This document shows, in pieces, positions 61,390 to 64,000 of a DNA stretch of 64,000 bases. How positions within the stretch are numbered: the stretch's first letter is position 1; each line of letters begins with the position of its first letter. The stretch comes from an uncultured Nitrospiraceae bacterium (lineage in GTDB: Bacteria > Nitrospirota > Thermodesulfovibrionia > Thermodesulfovibrionales > Dissulfurispiraceae): assembly GCA_963705105.1 (NCBI GenBank), contig CAVPIW010000017.1, forward strand, positions 53,821-117,820, in the 5' to 3' direction. Position numbers and translations under genes: made by a program. A model generated the notes under the pieces. It was given only the letters and a program-made list of their open reading frames with translations, made no database searches and had not been told where the DNA came from.

Positions 61390-62499
61390 ATGGAGCAAAC
61401 GGGGTCGTCCGTTCTGGTCCTTTCTGCAGCATCCGGCGCCGGGCACGTCAGGGCGGCAGATGCGATCGTCTCAGCCTTCGAAATGAAGGGAGTCGGTGCG
61501 CGCCACGTGGAGGTCCTGAAATACACGACACCGCTTTTCAGGAAGGTCTATTCGGACCTCTATATAGAGCTCGTCAACAAACAACCGGGAATCCTCGGAT
61601 GGTTATACGACTCCCTCGACCGGCCCTGGAAATTTCAGAAGAGACGCCTCGCCCTCGACCTGCTGAACACCGCCCCTCTCATGAAATTGCTGAAGAAAGA
61701 GCGCCCTTCCATCGCCATCTGCACGCATTTCCTGCCTGCGGAAATCCTCGTTTTTCTGAAGAAGAAAAGGTTGATCGACATCCCCATCGGTATCGTCATT
61801 ACAGATTTCGATGCCCATGCCATGTGGTTCTACCGCAATGTCGACTGGTACTTTGTCGCCTGCGACGAAACGAGAGTATACCTGGAAAAGCTCGGCATTC
61901 CGCCGGAAACGATTCATGTGACGGGCATCCCCATCGATCCCGTTTTTTCCAGGGACACGTCAAAGAGCGATGCCCGCATCCGGTATGGCCTCGATCCGGA
62001 AAGGACGACTGTCATGGTATCTGCCGGCGGCTTCGGTGTTGGACCCGTCGAGTCCCTTGTCCGTACCCTTGATGAGTCCGCTCACCCCCTCCAGACCATC
62101 GTCATATGCGGGAAGAATGCCGGCCTCAAAGAGAGCATAGAAAAGCTCGCGACGCGCAACCCTCTCGTCGTGGTGGGCTTCACAAAAGAAATGGACGGAT
62201 ATATGGCGGGATCGGATATCCTTGTCGGGAAGGCAGGCGGTTTGACGTCATCCGAAGCGCTGGCCAGAGGCCTCATATTGGTCATCATCAACCCCGTGCC
62301 GGGGCAGGAGGAAAGGAATGCCGACCACTTCCTGGAAGAGGGGGCGGCGATCCGGTGCAATAACCTGCCCACCCTCACATACAAAATCGAACGGATCCTT
62401 GCAGATCCCGAACGGTTCAGGATGATGAGGAGCAACGCCCTGCGGATAAGCCGGCCCCGTGCTGCGATGGACATCGCCGCGATCGTGACGGAAAGATGA
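61390..62499 (+). CDS. MGDG synthase / UgtP-like glycosyltransferase (GT28)
   Basis: GAGH..AA, THF, ITDF..H..W, TGIPI, KAGGLT.SEA and PGQE..N motifs. Confidence 0.92.
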   Translation: MEQTGSSVLVLSAASGAGHVRAADAIVSAFEMKGVGARHVEVLKYTTPLFRKVYSDLYIELVNKQPGILGWLYDSLDRPWKFQKRRLALDLLNTAPLMKLLKKERPSIAICTHFLPAEILVFLKKKRLIDIPIGIVITDFDAHAMWFYRNVDWYFVACDETRVYLEKLGIPPETIHVTGIPIDPVFSRDTSKSDARIRYGLDPERTTVMVSAGGFGVGPVESLVRTLDESAHPLQTIVICGKNAGLKESIEKLATRNPLVVVGFTKEMDGYMAGSDILVGKAGGLTSSEALARGLILVIINPVPGQEERNADHFLEEGAAIRCNNLPTLTYKIERILADPERFRMMRSNALRISRPRAAMDIAAIVTER

Positions 62500-62717
62500 A
62501 AATGTCTCTCATATTCTTCATTTCTGCCTTTCCTTATCTTGCTAACATTTCTTCTTGACAGCCACCTTTTTATCGGTTATAAATGAGGCATGGAAGTGCG
62601 GTGTTGAAGCACTGTGTGGCGCAAAGACGCAAAGGGACAACGAATATTGGGCAGTTTCTGTACCGAGGTGCTCTACTATATTGATTTCGAACTTTTTCCA
62701 CGAAGGAGGGCGGTGTG

Positions 62718-63302
62718 ATGAAATCTTTGTTGATCGGTCTGGCAGTAACAGTTCTTTTCGTGACCATGTGTTTCGGGGCCGCCGATGCCCAAATATCCTT
62801 CAGTCAAGGGTATGTGAACACCATCGGCAACGACTTTTTTCTGACCATACCTGAGATCAGGAGCGGATCCGTCCAGGGGTGGGTGACGTGGAAATTGAAC
62901 TTGGGCACCATAGCATGGGACCTGGTGGATGTTGGGCTCACCGTTGATGTGCCGAAACTGGGACCGCGGACGGCAAACGGAAGGTACCTGTACCATGCTC
63001 AGAAGAGTATCGTAGTGATCGACATTGAGTCCTCCAATTTCCTCGGGTGCGGCCTCGAAAGGGGCATCGAGGTGCTCGATATCTCGGGCATCACCGACAC
63101 TGCACTGAACTTCACTATCGTCGAGCCGTTGGAGGCCGGGGATCCGCTTTCGATCTTCTGCACGAGGGCCGGAGGTGCTGCGGGCGACATCGTGGGGGTC
63201 TGGTCGTGTGACCTCGGTGATGTGGGCTCACTGACTCTGGACATGAAACAGGATCGAACTGTCACCATTACCGGGGTTATGCAGAACTGCCTGCTCGACT
63301 GA
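62718..63302 (+). CDS. Secreted hypothetical protein
   Basis: AAGGAGG RBS; signal peptide ending ADA. Confidence 0.7.
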   Translation: MKSLLIGLAVTVLFVTMCFGAADAQISFSQGYVNTIGNDFFLTIPEIRSGSVQGWVTWKLNLGTIAWDLVDVGLTVDVPKLGPRTANGRYLYHAQKSIVVIDIESSNFLGCGLERGIEVLDISGITDTALNFTIVEPLEAGDPLSIFCTRAGGAAGDIVGVWSCDLGDVGSLTLDMKQDRTVTITGVMQNCLLD

Positions 63303-63401
63303 TCTCACAGTGAAGCAGCAGTTAAAGTTCACGCGTCCTGACGCCTTCCGGAGCATCCCCGGCCCCGGAAGGCGCCCCGATCAATATTCTTCCTGCCATG
63401 A

Positions 63402-64000
63402 CTAAAGGCGCAATATTCTCCACGTCTTGCCGGGAACTTTTTCTATCCTCACAGTGGAATCTCCGGGTATCCATCGATAGATCAAAGAACTGTGATATCG
63501 GGGGTTTGAGAGAATGTCAGGGCTGAACGCAACGATATTCGACCCCTCATGATAGCGCGCGGACTCAATGAGGAGGCCGCTCTGTCCTTTATCGTACAAG
63601 TATGCGCCGAGAGAGTTCGTAAAGGAGTAACTTGTCGAATCCAGCAGCTTCGGGAGCTTACGGTATTTACGCCTGAGATCCACCAGGATTCCCGCCGCGT
63701 GCACCAGGAAGACCTTTCTTTCGGAAGTAACCTCTCCGGATATTCCGGCGAGCATGTCCGAAACCCGCTTTTTGAAGTGGCAGGCCGTCTCATAAACGCT
63801 GGTGAGCAGTTCAAGACTTCCGTACCACACACCAAACCGGCTGCCGTCAGTGAACCGCGTGGGAAACAGCGCATGGGGGGCGTCACTCAGGGCGCCTCCA
63901 CAGGTAAAAGGCGTCATGATGACCTGGAAATGCAGGGCCTCCTTCTCGACACCAGATGCCAGCGCATGCCCGAAAGCCCGCTCCTGCGGGTCTGTACTCA
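63402..64000 (-). CDS. RES-domain protein (putative NAD+-degrading toxin), 5'-truncated by the window edge
   Basis: TRFTDG..FGVWYGS.....S.YE...H and SAR motifs; frame open to the window end. Confidence 0.8.
   Translation of the reverse strand, partial: STDPQERAFGHALASGVEKEALHFQVIMTPFTCGGALSDAPHALFPTRFTDGSRFGVWYGSLELLTSVYETACHFKKRVSDMLAGISGEVTSERKVFLVHAAGILVDLRRKYRKLPKLLDSTSYSFTNSLGAYLYDKGQSGLLIESARYHEGSNIVAFSPDILSNPRYHSSLIYRWIPGDSTVRIEKVPGKTWRILRL

Overview
A GC-rich diderm bacterial chromosome segment, probably Nitrospirota (Thermodesulfovibrionia-like) or Desulfobacterota; the taxon is inferred from gene content. The core backbone carries a purH-like gene, bamA-skp-lpxD-fabZ-lpxA-lpxI, lepA-lepB-ribE-ribBA, prc, rlmN and four tRNAs. 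Five accessory features stand out. (1) A selenocysteine RiPP locus: a 79-aa precursor missed by the ORF track has three in-frame UGA codons, each followed at the same spacing by a near-identical SECIS-like hairpin, and sits next to an SbtM-type radical SAM/SPASM maturase. (2) An exosortase H pair with its roughly 1,700-aa IPTL-CTERM substrate. (3) A 7.4-kb integrase-less island at tRNA-His, bounded by a 55-bp direct repeat, carrying three PEP-CTERM genes, an IS256 element with an 8-bp target duplication and two orphan genes that may be defensive. (4) A decaying three-gene secreted locus (Ig/PKD scaffold, partner protein, Zn-phospholipase-C-like protein) whose last gene is tandemly duplicated and fused in frame through an alternative N-terminal segment. 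(5) A dense, modular family of short inverted-repeat intergenic elements that fills most sizeable core intergenic gaps and was not seen in the two accessory blocks. All calls were made by eye from the sequence, without database searches.
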